A DNA stretch of 64,000 nt from Hormiphora californensis (lineage: Eukaryota; Animalia; Ctenophora), in contig CM035352.1 of assembly GCA_020137815.1 (NCBI GenBank), forward strand, positions 1,116,001-1,180,000, read 5' to 3'. The notes beneath the pieces are model-generated. The model made no database searches. It had not been told where the DNA came from and saw nothing but the letters and a program-made list of their open reading frames with translations. The translations under genes and the position numbers were made by a program. Positions 12,794 through 24,341 of this stretch are shown in pieces; the first letter of the stretch is position 1; the number at the start of each line of letters is the position of its first letter.

Positions 12794-13433
12794 CGAGAGA
12801 GATAGCGAGAGATAGAATGAGAGAGAGGATGGCTGATATACATATGAAGGAGGGGTAGGAGATCAAGAGAAAAACAATGAAGGAAAGGGACCTATAGACA
12901 GAGACAGTTAGATAGAGGACGCTCGTAACGATAATAGGTATTACTGACAAGAACAGCTCTGTCAGAGCATGATTGTCTTGACCCAATTTTAATTTCTTTC
13001 AAGAGAACTGTGGTCAGAGCATTGGCCTGACAAGAGTAGCTTCTTTCCTTGGACGGTAGAGTTTGTTTGAAAATAGGGGCACATGATGGACATGCTAGAC
13101 GTAATGTCTCATAATAAAATTCGCCAATACATAGGAGATGAAAAATGTCATGTTATGGGGGACAAGTCGAGTAAACAATGAGTATATTTGATAATGGACA
13201 AGAGCATGGGATAGTTTGGGTGTGGGACTGGGAAAAATGGTGGAGACATAGATTAGGGAAAAAAGAGAGAGAGAGAGAGAGAGAGGAGAGTGACTGATAT
13301 GTAGGTAGAGAGAGACTGAGAGAGGAGAATCTCCCTGGGAGATAGGAGAAGAGATTAAAAAGAAGCTATCTACTGATAGTGTTTGTTGTGTAGGTGGGAC
13401 TGCTCAGTGCAGTGAGAAACCAGCTGATAGTAT

Positions 13434-13497
<64 letters not shown>

Positions 13498-15233
13498 TCG
13501 GGGGAACGGATAAATCTCCCATAGTGTTAAACAACATACAGTACACCAAGATTGATAAGGAACGCGAAAAGGCCACACCCTACATGTAGTGCTGCAACTG
13601 CAGAGGAGGGGCGTTTCAAACGGATATTTGGTTAATAACAATATAAACACAGGTAGAGGTACCCTATTTGACTGCCAGTGTTATTTGTTATTTGTACCTA
13701 ACACCCCGTGACACATTGTTTAACATTAAAGAAGGGGCTCGTTCCTTGACTCACGCCCCACTCACGCAACAGGAGTGTGTGCTCTCTTTCTCACGCCCTT
13801 CTGATCTCTGGGGCCTCCAGACATGACAAGATAAACCACCCCATAATATAAACTTGACGGTGATCCGATCTGAATCAAGACGGGGTCTGGCGGCACCAGA
13901 CAGACGGTGACACACGAGACAGTTGTCTGGCGTCGTCGCCAGACCCCCGTTTTTATTCTCAGTGACTCACTGAGTGAGTGACGCTCAGAATCAGATAGGT
14001 TCGGCGCCGCCAGAAAGCGAGACAGTGGTTACATTTTTACACAGACGACAACAACATGTTTACCTTTAGTCCTCTACATGCAGCTTCATGTTATGGTCAT
14101 GGTCAGATCTGGGAGGTTATCCACACTGCAACAACACTGGTATCTAGCCACTTCCAATTTCCATCTTATCTCCACACACCTCACACAGCTTCCTGTCCGA
14201 CGTGTTGGCTTCATGATACTGTCGACTACTAGACGATCCAGTTGCCATGGGTGGGTATCTGTAATTCCGTATCACACCAGGGAACATTTCCTAAAAACAG
14301 TTTAGTAAAACTTAACCGAAAATCATGGGAATGTGGGTTAGGAAGGTTAGGGATGAGGGCAAACACAGCAACGCGTTATATTTAAGGGGTGTCTGACTGT
14401 CTGTTTCGATCAGGGGTGTTCCCTATTCAGTATTCCAAAATGAAACCTATACTGAAACAACCAATTAAGTGAGGTGTAAAGAGAAACATTGTGGTATACA
14501 ACAATTCCGATAAATAAACTGATTCTCATTTTTTGACAATTGAAAATACATATCAAATACTTTTGAAAATCACTTTTCATTCAAAACGAAATGACCATGT
14601 AATAGAAGTGCACGTTGCAACATGAATATTGTTAACCTGTCTGGCGGCGCCGACCCAATCTGAGGGCACTGCTAAAACGGGATCTGGCGGCACCAGACAG
14701 TTAGTAACCAAGCATCGTTAGAAGGAGGTGCAGCAGGATACCAATGGTTGTATAAAGAAAACTGTATATCTATTTCTTAATAACATTGTCTTTTGTAAAC
14801 ATAAATCTATAATTGGCAATTGCTACTGCCATGCTAGCAGCTGCTAATACTAGTTGCAGACTCAAACCCGCCCTATCTAAGCCCTATCTAAGCCTCTATC
14901 CTGTTGGGGGATGGAGCTATGACTGTGGGAAACAATTCAAACCATAATTAAGTTCATATTACTTAGTTCGGGTTTGGCTAGCTTAGTAGGGCGCAGTGGT
15001 GGCCCCAGCCTGGCCTAGCCAGGGGTAGTGGGGGCTCTGCACTATGATTATAATTAATCTAAAGTCTAATTTAAGGTTCTTGATTACATAATAAGCCCAT
15101 AATAATAAAACTCCCTTGGCATTTTACACACATCAAATACAGTACAAATCTCGTCTTCATTCCTTTATCGCTCAGGGTCCTCCCTCAATCAGCCTTTCTC
15201 AACTGTATCAGCTCCAGATGATAAATCTAATCC

Positions 15234-18200
15234 TCATATTGGTTTCCGTTTAGCGTCTGGAACGTCCATGGATTGATCACAGTCTCTTTTCCGTGATTGT
15301 GCGGCCAGGAAGGATGCAAGTTTGCCCTCACCTTTATTATCGTCCATAGAATCTGGAAATATAAGTGGGGTTAGAAACCATCAGAATACTTGTTCTGGAC
15401 GAACGGGGCTTCTAAAAGTAATATCTACAGCTGTACATTCAACTGTACATATAATCTTACCATTTATAACTCGGGTTGCCTTTTCGAGAAGTTGGTCCCG
15501 TGACGATCTGTCGACAGACTCGTGAGGGATCGTTGGTAGGGTGGCGTTACCCTTGCAGTAGTCACACGACCATGTACCTGGTGGGGGGTTGAGATAATGT
15601 ACTGTATGTTGCCAGACCAACCCCAAGGAACCAAACCAACCCCCTCTCCATGTATTCAGAGAGAGAGAGAGAGGGAGAGAGGGAAAGAGAGGGCGAGGGA
15701 GAGAAAGGAAGAGAGAATGTGAGTCAGTGGAAGTCACATGCTTCTTTCCAAGGTCAGGTGGTGTGTCATGTGAGGGAAACATGTGTGACCAAGGTATGTC
15801 ACGTGGGCCTGGGTAGGCGAAAAGTGAAAGTGAAAGCTGATATAATACTCGTGATCTGGGTGATCTGCAGCTAGAGAGAGAGGGAGAAAAAAAAAGGGGG
15901 AAAAAAGGAAAAAGGGGGAAAAAGAGAAAGAGGAAAGAAGGAGAGAGCTGAAGAGAGAGAGGAGATAAGAAAAGAAGACAGAGAGAGAGAAAGAGATGAA
16001 AAACGATAGGAAAATCGATAAGGGAAGAGGAGAGAAGAACCCCAAACGCGATTTCCGTCCCAAAACCCTTTTAGTTAATTTATCAAGAGAAAAGACTCAG
16101 CGATATGAGAGCGAAGGAGATACCGAGTATAAATGGGGACGCCCATCCCGAGTCCGCTTGCATGCTCTTTCTTAGTCCCAGATTTCCCCTTTGAAAAAAG
16201 GGGGGAATTTATCCCATTAGAAATGGATTTTAAAGCGGCCGCTTGGAACCCGTACAAGGCCTTGCAAGGGTGGCACTTGCAAGGGTGGCACTTTTTTTAA
16301 AAAATTTTTTAAAATGTGATTAATACGGGACTTGGGGGGAAACAAAAAATCAGAAACCCCTAAAAAAACCCCCAAAACAGCTTCTTTTGTTTACAATTTT
16401 TTTGGATTTCCAGGTGAAAAGTTGGGGCTGTCTCCCCCCCCCTCACTCCCTTCCCCGGGACATTTCCAGGGCGGGTTGGAGACACCCAATATGGAATCCC
16501 TTGTCACATCTCAAAAAAAACATCACGGGGAAATCGTCGCCCTTCTGAGAAAAATTTTGGGGCAGTTTTACCTCGAACACTGCCAGGGGTCCTTCGTTTT
16601 TTGTTCATAAACTCGGGGGATAGTGGGGGAAAAGGCACTTGGGGTGCCTGTTATGGGGGGGGGGTTTGTTTTATAAATTTTGTTGTCTGCAACGGTATCA
16701 TAAACATTTTTGAAAATCGTGGGGTTTTATAAAAAAGGACAAAAACAGTTATAGTGTTCTTTTGGGTTATGAGTATTTCCTGGTCCCAAAACCCTTTCCC
16801 CCCCTTCAACCCCAAAACTTTTTTTGAAGTCAAAAAAACCCCCCGGTTTTTCTCCTTTTTCACCCGTTTTTTTTCCCCCTAAGAGGGGAAGGGGTTATGG
16901 TGGCTTTTTTTGAAATTTAAATCAAAAGTAAGAGATGCTTTTCATGAAGATGATTGGCGTTTTTTGATGGGTCGCGGGCAGGTCGAGCAACTCGATCATT
17001 GGCCCCACTATCCACAACCTTTTAATTTCCTCCCCCCCCTCCTCTGTCTGTCTCTCTCTCTCTCTCTCTGTCTCTCTTCTGTCCCCTCTCCCTTTTCTCC
17101 CCCCTCCCTCTCCTTTCCCTCTCCTCTTCCCCCTCTCTTCCTTTTTCCTCCCCTCTCAATCTCTGGCCTGCCCGGGGGCCTTTGTTTAAAAACCAGTTTT
17201 CGTTTCCCCACCCTCCCTCTCTAAACTCTTTTAAAAGGGCTATGCGTGGGGTTCTTTAAAAAACCTTTCATTTCTGAAAATTCCCTGTCTTTCATTTTTA
17301 AAAATAAAAAAAATTGGGAGATTTTCCTTTTCTTTTTGGGGCCCTTTATTTTTAAAACCCCCCTTAAATTTCCCTTTTAAAAATGCTATATCCTTTCAAA
17401 AAATCTATTAGTATCAAAATTGGAAAAATCCGCATAGCGGGGAAATATAATAACATTCCCCCCAAAAAAAATGCCCCCCCCCCCCCTTTTTTTTTCCCAA
17501 GTCAAAAAAAAATCGATTTTCCTTGGAAAAGGGGCCCCTTGGGTTTTTTTTTTGGGAATCTCCGCTAACAATGGCTATAATTGTTACCGTTGGTTCCAAG
17601 CTCTTTCTATTTACAGTTTCAACTTTGATTCAAACAAATTCATACTTCCTCAGTCCTCTTCTTTATCTCTATCTCTCTTACTGTTCCCCCCTCTCCATCT
17701 GTATCTCTCCAAACGATCTCTTATTTTACTTTCCCCCCCGCCCAAAACAATTACCGGTGCGCCTCTGATGGCTGAAAAAAACCCCCCCACTTCCCGCTGA
17801 GTCCCTTTTTTAATCTGCCTTTACGCCAAGTTTGGTTGGGCATAGAAACGAATCAAAAACTAAAAGATTGAATGGAGGGAATTTTTCCAAAAATTTCAAA
17901 AATTCGGCATGGAGTTCAGGGGCTCGACTTTGTCCCCCCACCTCCCCCCTTCCCAAAAGCCCCTCCCATTTCGAACAAGCCACCTTTCCCCTTATATCAA
18001 ACCCCTCCCCACCCCCGTGGAAAAACCTTTTTATTCCCGAACACCATACTTGTCATGAAAGGGGGAGAGAGAAGAAAGAAGAAGGGGAAAAAAAATAGAA
18101 AAAAGAGAGAAGAGAAGGAAAGGGGGTTCTACCTTTTTCATTACCAGGGTTTTTATAATAAATATTACACCATTAAAACAAGGGTTTTATCGTAAAATTT

Positions 18201-21031
18201 AAAATCTGGGTACAGGACACCGTGTAATCTAAGTTAACCTCGGTCGACACCCTTTAGCAAATTAAAGTATTAAGCAAAATATAGTGTTTAAAGTGATTAA
18301 AAAAGAAAAAAGCATAGTGTTTACAATCACACTTTAAAACCCTTTCATCACCGGGCGATGGAACAAACAAAATGAGGAGTTTCTTTTGGGTGATCATCAT
18401 CAAAATTTTAGGTCATTCCCTGTATTTTACTGGGCTGAAAACCCACCTCCTCGCAACTCCACCTAACAAATTTAAAACCGGGAAATTAAAAAAGGGAGAT
18501 CAACTAAATTTAAATCATACTATTTTTAAAAAAAAAGGAAATGATGGGTAGGGTTTTTTTTTTAAAATAGGGGCAAAAAATTCCTAAAATGGCCTTTTGC
18601 ACGTTTGCCCTAGGGGCCCCCGGAAACCCCTGCCAGCTTACCTTTAAACTGCACGTCTCCTTGTTTCTCTCTTTTTCCCTTTTGGGGGTGTTGTCGTTTG
18701 GGGCCCTCGATTTATCTTTTTAAACCCCCCCGTTTCACCACGTTTTCGTGAACATGACTACTCAACTTCAACACAATCGCCAGCGAGTTTGGAGGAGCCA
18801 TATGTCCCAAACTGGCGCTGACCGCCTATAGACTACGTGATAGAATCCTACAAAAGAGGTGATTATTATTCAAAAAATGTTGTCAACACACGTAATAACA
18901 AAGTATCAATGGCACTAATAAGAAATGGCAGTAATACGTGAAAGTATTTTGCAAATGTGCTCCTTCATAAAATACTTCAGGACCTGGCAAAAGAGAACCC
19001 GTGGTTTTTCTGTCGAAAGAATCGCTGTGGGTTATTTACCTGATAAATTTACTGATTTTAAAAATTTCAAATGATACTACACTATTTGCTTAGTTTACTG
19101 TATGACCATTGACCATCCCCGACATTCGCCCGTAGGGCGAGCGGGCTTACTAGTATAGAATTAATGAAACTAAGAAACGAGACATTTCTCACACAATTAT
19201 AGATACCTCTGGGGATTCCGAAGTGATGGGATCAAAGTCTCCAAAGTAAGATGAATCGAGCTCATCCCCAGATGTCCCCATGCTGCTATAGATATGCGAC
19301 TGAAAAAGGGTCAGTTTACTTTGAGACGTACTCTAAAGTTTTAGTAAAAACACCGTTTTTGTCAAAGCTGGAACATGTTAACTGTCACACAGGAAGAAAC
19401 AATTGTCTAATACATACCCCAGGATTCTCGATATCAATTTGTATGTCCCCAGTGGGTGTCCCCGGATCCCCACTGCTTATCAACTGAACCTCCTCTGAGC
19501 CAAGCGGATCTGCTTTTACCGTTACCGTCTCTGTTTCCATGGGAACTGTACCCATGGAGGTTGAGGTTGTTGGTGAGGTAATGGTCGGGGAAGATGAGGT
19601 TAGAGTCTTCATCTGGGAGAATATGTTCTCATAACCACCTGCTGAGGAAAAAGGTCAGGCGTCAAATGATTGTGTTACCATGGTGACAATAATAAATTTT
19701 CGAATACAACCCCCTATATAATAACGAAAATAACCCTTTAACTAATTAACCTGTTTCAAGTGCTGACTTGATCATCTTGCTCATATCAGATGCAACCTGT
19801 CCTATATTCCCTTTCACCTGCCGCACTGCAGATGATGAGGATGGTGCCGGTTGGCTGGCAACCACCACGGCAGGGGCAGGATGCTGGACAGCAGGCCGGA
19901 CACCATGGTGTATATTAACAACAGACAAAGGATGAGCCCTGGTACCTAATTGGTGAACTTGTTGAGGGACAACGGTAAGGCCAGTCTGAGCGACACCATG
20001 TGGGTGGTATTGTGACTTGTACCCTTGATTCCCAATTGAAACCGAGCAGTTTTGCATTTGTATCGATGTCATTCCGATCTGCTGAACTGTAGGTTGTTGT
20101 TGTGCAGCTGCTGCATGGTGCCCCGGGATGGGGTGCCCCGGCACTGGGTGACCAAGGTGAGGTAGTTGGCTTGTCGGGGGGAGATGGTGTGGATTTATCT
20201 GGGGTCTAACTGCAACTGCGTATCCAGGTTGGCGCTGTTGTTGTTGGTGTTGTTGAGCTTGTTGTTGCTGTTGTTGTGCTTGTTGCTGTTGCTGTTGTGC
20301 TTGTTGTTGTTGTACTTGCTGGTGTTGTACTTGTTGTTGTTGTGCTTGTTGTTGTTGTGCTTGTTGTTGTTGTACTTGTTGTTGTTGTTGTTGCTGTTTC
20401 TGCTGCTCATACTGTTGCCGTTGCTGCAACCACCGGTCCTGTTGCTGTTTCAAACGTTGCTGGTGGTGGATTTTCTGCTGCAGAGCCTGCTGAGACTGTT
20501 GTTTCATATTCAGGGCATTCTGCTGCTGGAGAAGCTTCATTTGCTGCAGGCTCGCTTGCCGGTGCTGCAGGCTGTTCGGCTGGTGCTGTAGCAGTGCCTT
20601 CTGAAGTTGTCGCTGCTGGTGGTGGAGAAGTTGCTGTTGGCGATGGAGGTACTGTGAGGGATGAGAGGGTCGCCCTGTAGCACCAGCCTGTACAGGTTGT
20701 ACCACTGCTGCTGAAACTTGCTGTTGCCGTCTCTGGGCCCACTGTTCTACCGTTTCTGAGGAGGAGGGGGAGGTTAGTGGAGGTTCCCTTGCTCCAACCT
20801 TAGAATACTATACACATTGTCATACACAGTGTCATACACAGTGTCATATACACGATCAGAAGGGTTCGAACAAAACAAGAATGAGAACATAACAGTACCT
20901 GGGTGCCGACTGGAAGTGCTTTGGACGGCTGATACAGCTGCTGCAACTTGTGCAGGGTCTTGTTGTCTGATGAGGAAAGGAGTATGTCAAATACCTAACT
21001 TACCTAACGATATCTAACAGATGAGAATGGG

Positions 21032-21120
<89 letters not shown>

Positions 21121-23952
21121 TTTTGTTGCTCTTTCTCTAAACTTCTTTCCCTTCCTTTCCTTCGACTCTTTCCCCTTGGCTCCCGTTTCTTCTCCTTTAT
21201 ATCTGGGCCGTTTTCTGGAGGGGGGGGTTTTGGTTTTTCTTCCTTTTCTCCCTTTTCTCAGCAATTTCTCCTTTTGGCTAAAAATCTTCGGGGAATCGAC
21301 TTGGTGCTAAAGGACGTTTTTCTGTTTCTCCCCACTTTTGTCCCGCTCCTCTCCGGGTTTTGCTGTCCTCGTGGCAAGGGTCTCGGGCTACTCCATAATT
21401 ACCTTTTCTACTGAAATTAACTGATTTTTAAAGCCTGCAGAATGGCCCACATCTTGAGGAGTGGAAAGGTGCGCGGGTATACCTCCGCGCGAATGTTTTC
21501 GCCTTCTACTTTGGCGAGGCCCTCTCGCATTCCTTTCAACTTTTCTTTGCCTGATTGACATTCAACCTTTTTCAGTTTTTTAGTAGGTCTACTTATAATC
21601 CTATTCAATTAATTGTAGCAAAATATAGGCGCATTTAGATCACATATATCAAGATTCATTGATGCTAAAAACCTGTTGCTGGGTGCTTTTCCAATCCTCC
21701 AATCTCTTTCTTCAGCAAATTATTCTCATTCTCTATAGCCAAGATTTTCCGTCGTAACATCAACTTTTCTTTCCTTATTTTCAGGTTCCTGGTGAAGCAG
21801 TAGATTAAAGTTATGATTAGTGTTTGTAAAATTCAAGCGTTTACGATCTATACCCGCTTTACTAGGGTAAGCTGGGGTGAAATGGCCCACGGGGTAATGT
21901 GGCCCATGTATGGGGCAAAGTGGCCCTAGTAATAACATGTGGTCACGTGAATTTTTCTCCAGCAGAGACCTGCTCGTTCTGTTCCGAATTTTCGCTTTAA
22001 AACTGCTGTCATTTCTGTTTGGGTTGGCCGATTTTAATTTTGCAAAAACTGCCAGTTAGGCTTTATAATTCTCTAAAACGTGGTATACAAATTTTGAAGA
22101 AATTGGCAATTTTTTTGTCTTAATTGTCAATTTTGTGAAATCGGGGCAAACATGGCCCACTCTCCGGGGCAAAGTGGTCCGGTCTGGGGCAAAGTGGCCC
22201 ACCTCTAGGACCAATGAAATGGCGCCTGCAATACCACGTGACATTGGAATGCAAAGTGGTCTAATGCAAAGTGGTCCAGAACAAAAATGTAGTCCAGACG
22301 GTCAAATTAGGGGCAAAGTGGCCCATGTTCCGGTGCAGAACATGGGCCCTTTGCCCCTAATTTGATCGTTTCGTCTAACAACACCAGGCACGTGATAAAA
22401 TCGAGCAATGCTATTGGCTTGGGCCACTTTGCCCCGGTGCAAATTTTCCAAAGGAAAAGGTTTCATTGGATAGCCTATAATATTTTTTCTTCCTGCTGTA
22501 TAAATTGCGTATTTTAGAACCTAAAACGTTAAAAGTGGGCCACTTTGACCCCAGCTTACCCTACACAGTAACAACACCCAACACATTGTCCTCACTTCTC
22601 AATGTGTCCTCAATGTGTCATTCTACCAAACTTTGGGCAAGATATTCTTACCATGATGGTTTCAAGCACACACACCTATTAGTCTCGGATGCCTTCTGAA
22701 GAATGGTTTTGAGCACCTTCAGCTCCTCTATATCGGTGGTAGTAACGACCCCATTAGTACCTGGGAAAGAAATTGCAAATGAATTTGAATTTGCAATATG
22801 AGAACCACTTAAAACTAGATTTGCGATTAATTACCTAGCTCGACCACCTTTTCGCGATATAAAATAAAAGGGGTTTGAACAAAACAAGTTTATAACTATA
22901 GATTTGGAACACGCTCGAGCGGATGGACATACCACTAGGCTGGGGATCCGTTGTACCATTAGACACCGCTGTAACCTGCAAGAATAAAATAAATATTAAA
23001 TATACGAGGTGGAAAATTCGGAAGGATCAAATACAGCTAGTGTAACCCTCATCTTGTAGTATCACAAACATTTTCGACCCGCTACATATAAACTTGGGTT
23101 TATTGATTATTGCACTACCTGAACAACTGGTACATCAGTAGATGTAGAGGGCAACTGTTGTTGCTGTTGCTGAGATTGTTGTGGTTGCTGCTGAGGTTGA
23201 GGCTGCTGAGGTTGTTGCTGAGGTTGAGGTTGCTGAGGTTGCTGAGATTGTTGTTGTTGTTGTTGAAGCTCCTGCTCGGTTTTTATGACCCCAGGGGTAA
23301 TAAGGCGGTAGGGGTTCGTCAAGCACTTGACATCATCTACGACATCATTTACCATGCTAAAGAGGGTGAAATGGGAGGTGAGTTGGTAGTCACCCTCTAA
23401 ACATAACGCATTTTGTTCCAGCCCTTCTTTTACAAAATGCCTCTGTGATTTTGTAAAAGGGTTTTGACTTTTGTGTTTCTGTTCTCTCTAACGACGCCTT
23501 CTGTGACACACGTGTGCTAAAAATATTATACAGGGATTAGAAATCTCGGATTTGAAATAGTAACTCGAGCGTGGTAAAAAACGTCACACCAACAGCACAG
23601 CAACCGGGTACTGCGTGTGAGGGTGTGTTTGGATCACGTTACCATGGTAATAACTACCGAAACAGCTGGCGTGGACATAGTACCACCGTGCCAGTGTGGT
23701 GACGGGGGAACTGAGAATGGGGCTGATGACATAAGGGCATTGCTCTCTCTGTCTCTCTCACTCTCTCTTTCTTCCCCCAATCCTGATCGTGTTGTGTCAC
23801 GTGTGTCACGTGATTTGGCACATGACACCACATGACACGCTGCATCTGGTTCCAAACCACGCACGCACACACTGTCCCTCATTTTCTGCCAATCTCCCAC
23901 CGATATGTTGCTCCTCCTCGCTCTCTTCGCCCTTGCAGTACCAGCGGCTCAT
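15234..23952 (-). CDS. Glutamine-rich, coiled-coil protein with a C-terminal double PHD finger (DPF; d4/DPF1-3 or PHF10-like chromatin reader)
   Basis: Clean exons (minus): 23952-23901 (accATG SRWYCK), 23336-23119 (polyQ), 22975-22933, 22760-22676, 21788-21673 (coiled coil), 20967-20899, 20798-19750 (polyQ), about 19642-19418, about 19300-19207, 15577-15461 (GTWSCDYC), 15352-15234. Degraded exons at about 21600-21200, 18850-18640, 17800-17590, 17008-16800 and 16647-16447 (GHPKCL...WQC..CK...GDDSVM..CDKGFHIGCLQPALE). Last exon boundary uncertain. Confidence 0.75.
19126..19153 (+). mobile_element. Helitron-like 3' terminus (GC hairpin followed by CTAG|T)
   Basis: tcgcccgtagggcga hairpin, then gcgggcttaCTAGt; 5' end not identified. 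Confidence 0.5.
21865..22561. mobile_element. TA-flanked MITE with GGGTAAGCTGGGG termini (pogo/Tc1-mariner-like), in an intron of the DPF gene
   Basis: ta|gggtaagctggggtgaaatggcccac ... gtgggccactttgaccccagcttaccc|ta; internal ggggcaaagtggccc subrepeats. Confidence 0.85.
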
Positions 23953-24144
23953 GGTTGTACAGTTGAAAGTAAGTGCCCACAATCTACCTGTAATATTGTT
24001 GGATCCAATTTACTATCGGCAAGTAATTTTGATATCTCCTTCTGGTGCTGATACACACTCACACACCCTCTGTAACAACAGATGAATGGGAAATCTCACA
24101 CATAAACGGGCTGATCTCGGTTAAGGAGAGATTGTTTTGTTATC

Positions 24145-24220
24145 CTGAATAAAGAGATCTGAGCAAGAAGTAATATAATTAATTAATTAATTTAATTCTT
24201 GCTCAGATCTCTTTATTCAG
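24145..24220. repeat. Perfect 25-bp inverted repeat with AT-rich spacer between two divergent genes
   Basis: ctgaataaagagatctgagcaagaa ... ttcttgctcagatctctttattcag. Confidence 0.9.
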
Positions 24221-24341
24221 AACAATTTACTATCATTTTAATTAAAGAGAAAAAACGATTTTGCAGTACTAATATAATATATTCAATTAAGAACAGAACT
24301 AATATAATACTATTACTGTAGTATAGCGAGAGAAACTAAAT

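Noticed and set aside
15578-15870. Apparent PHD-like HTVHYLNPPP and DHEYY with Tyr in place of Cys, suggesting A-to-I recoding
   Set aside because: A canonical acceptor (ccaccag|G at 15577) makes this intronic; the real PHD exon is at 16647-16447
16075-18195. Many K/F/P/G-rich short ORFs
   Set aside because: Products of homopolymer-inflated low-quality sequence, not real proteins
20166-20680. Leu/Val-rich hydrophobic plus-strand ORFs (also 23110-23400)
   Set aside because: Antisense shadows of the polyQ exons of the DPF gene
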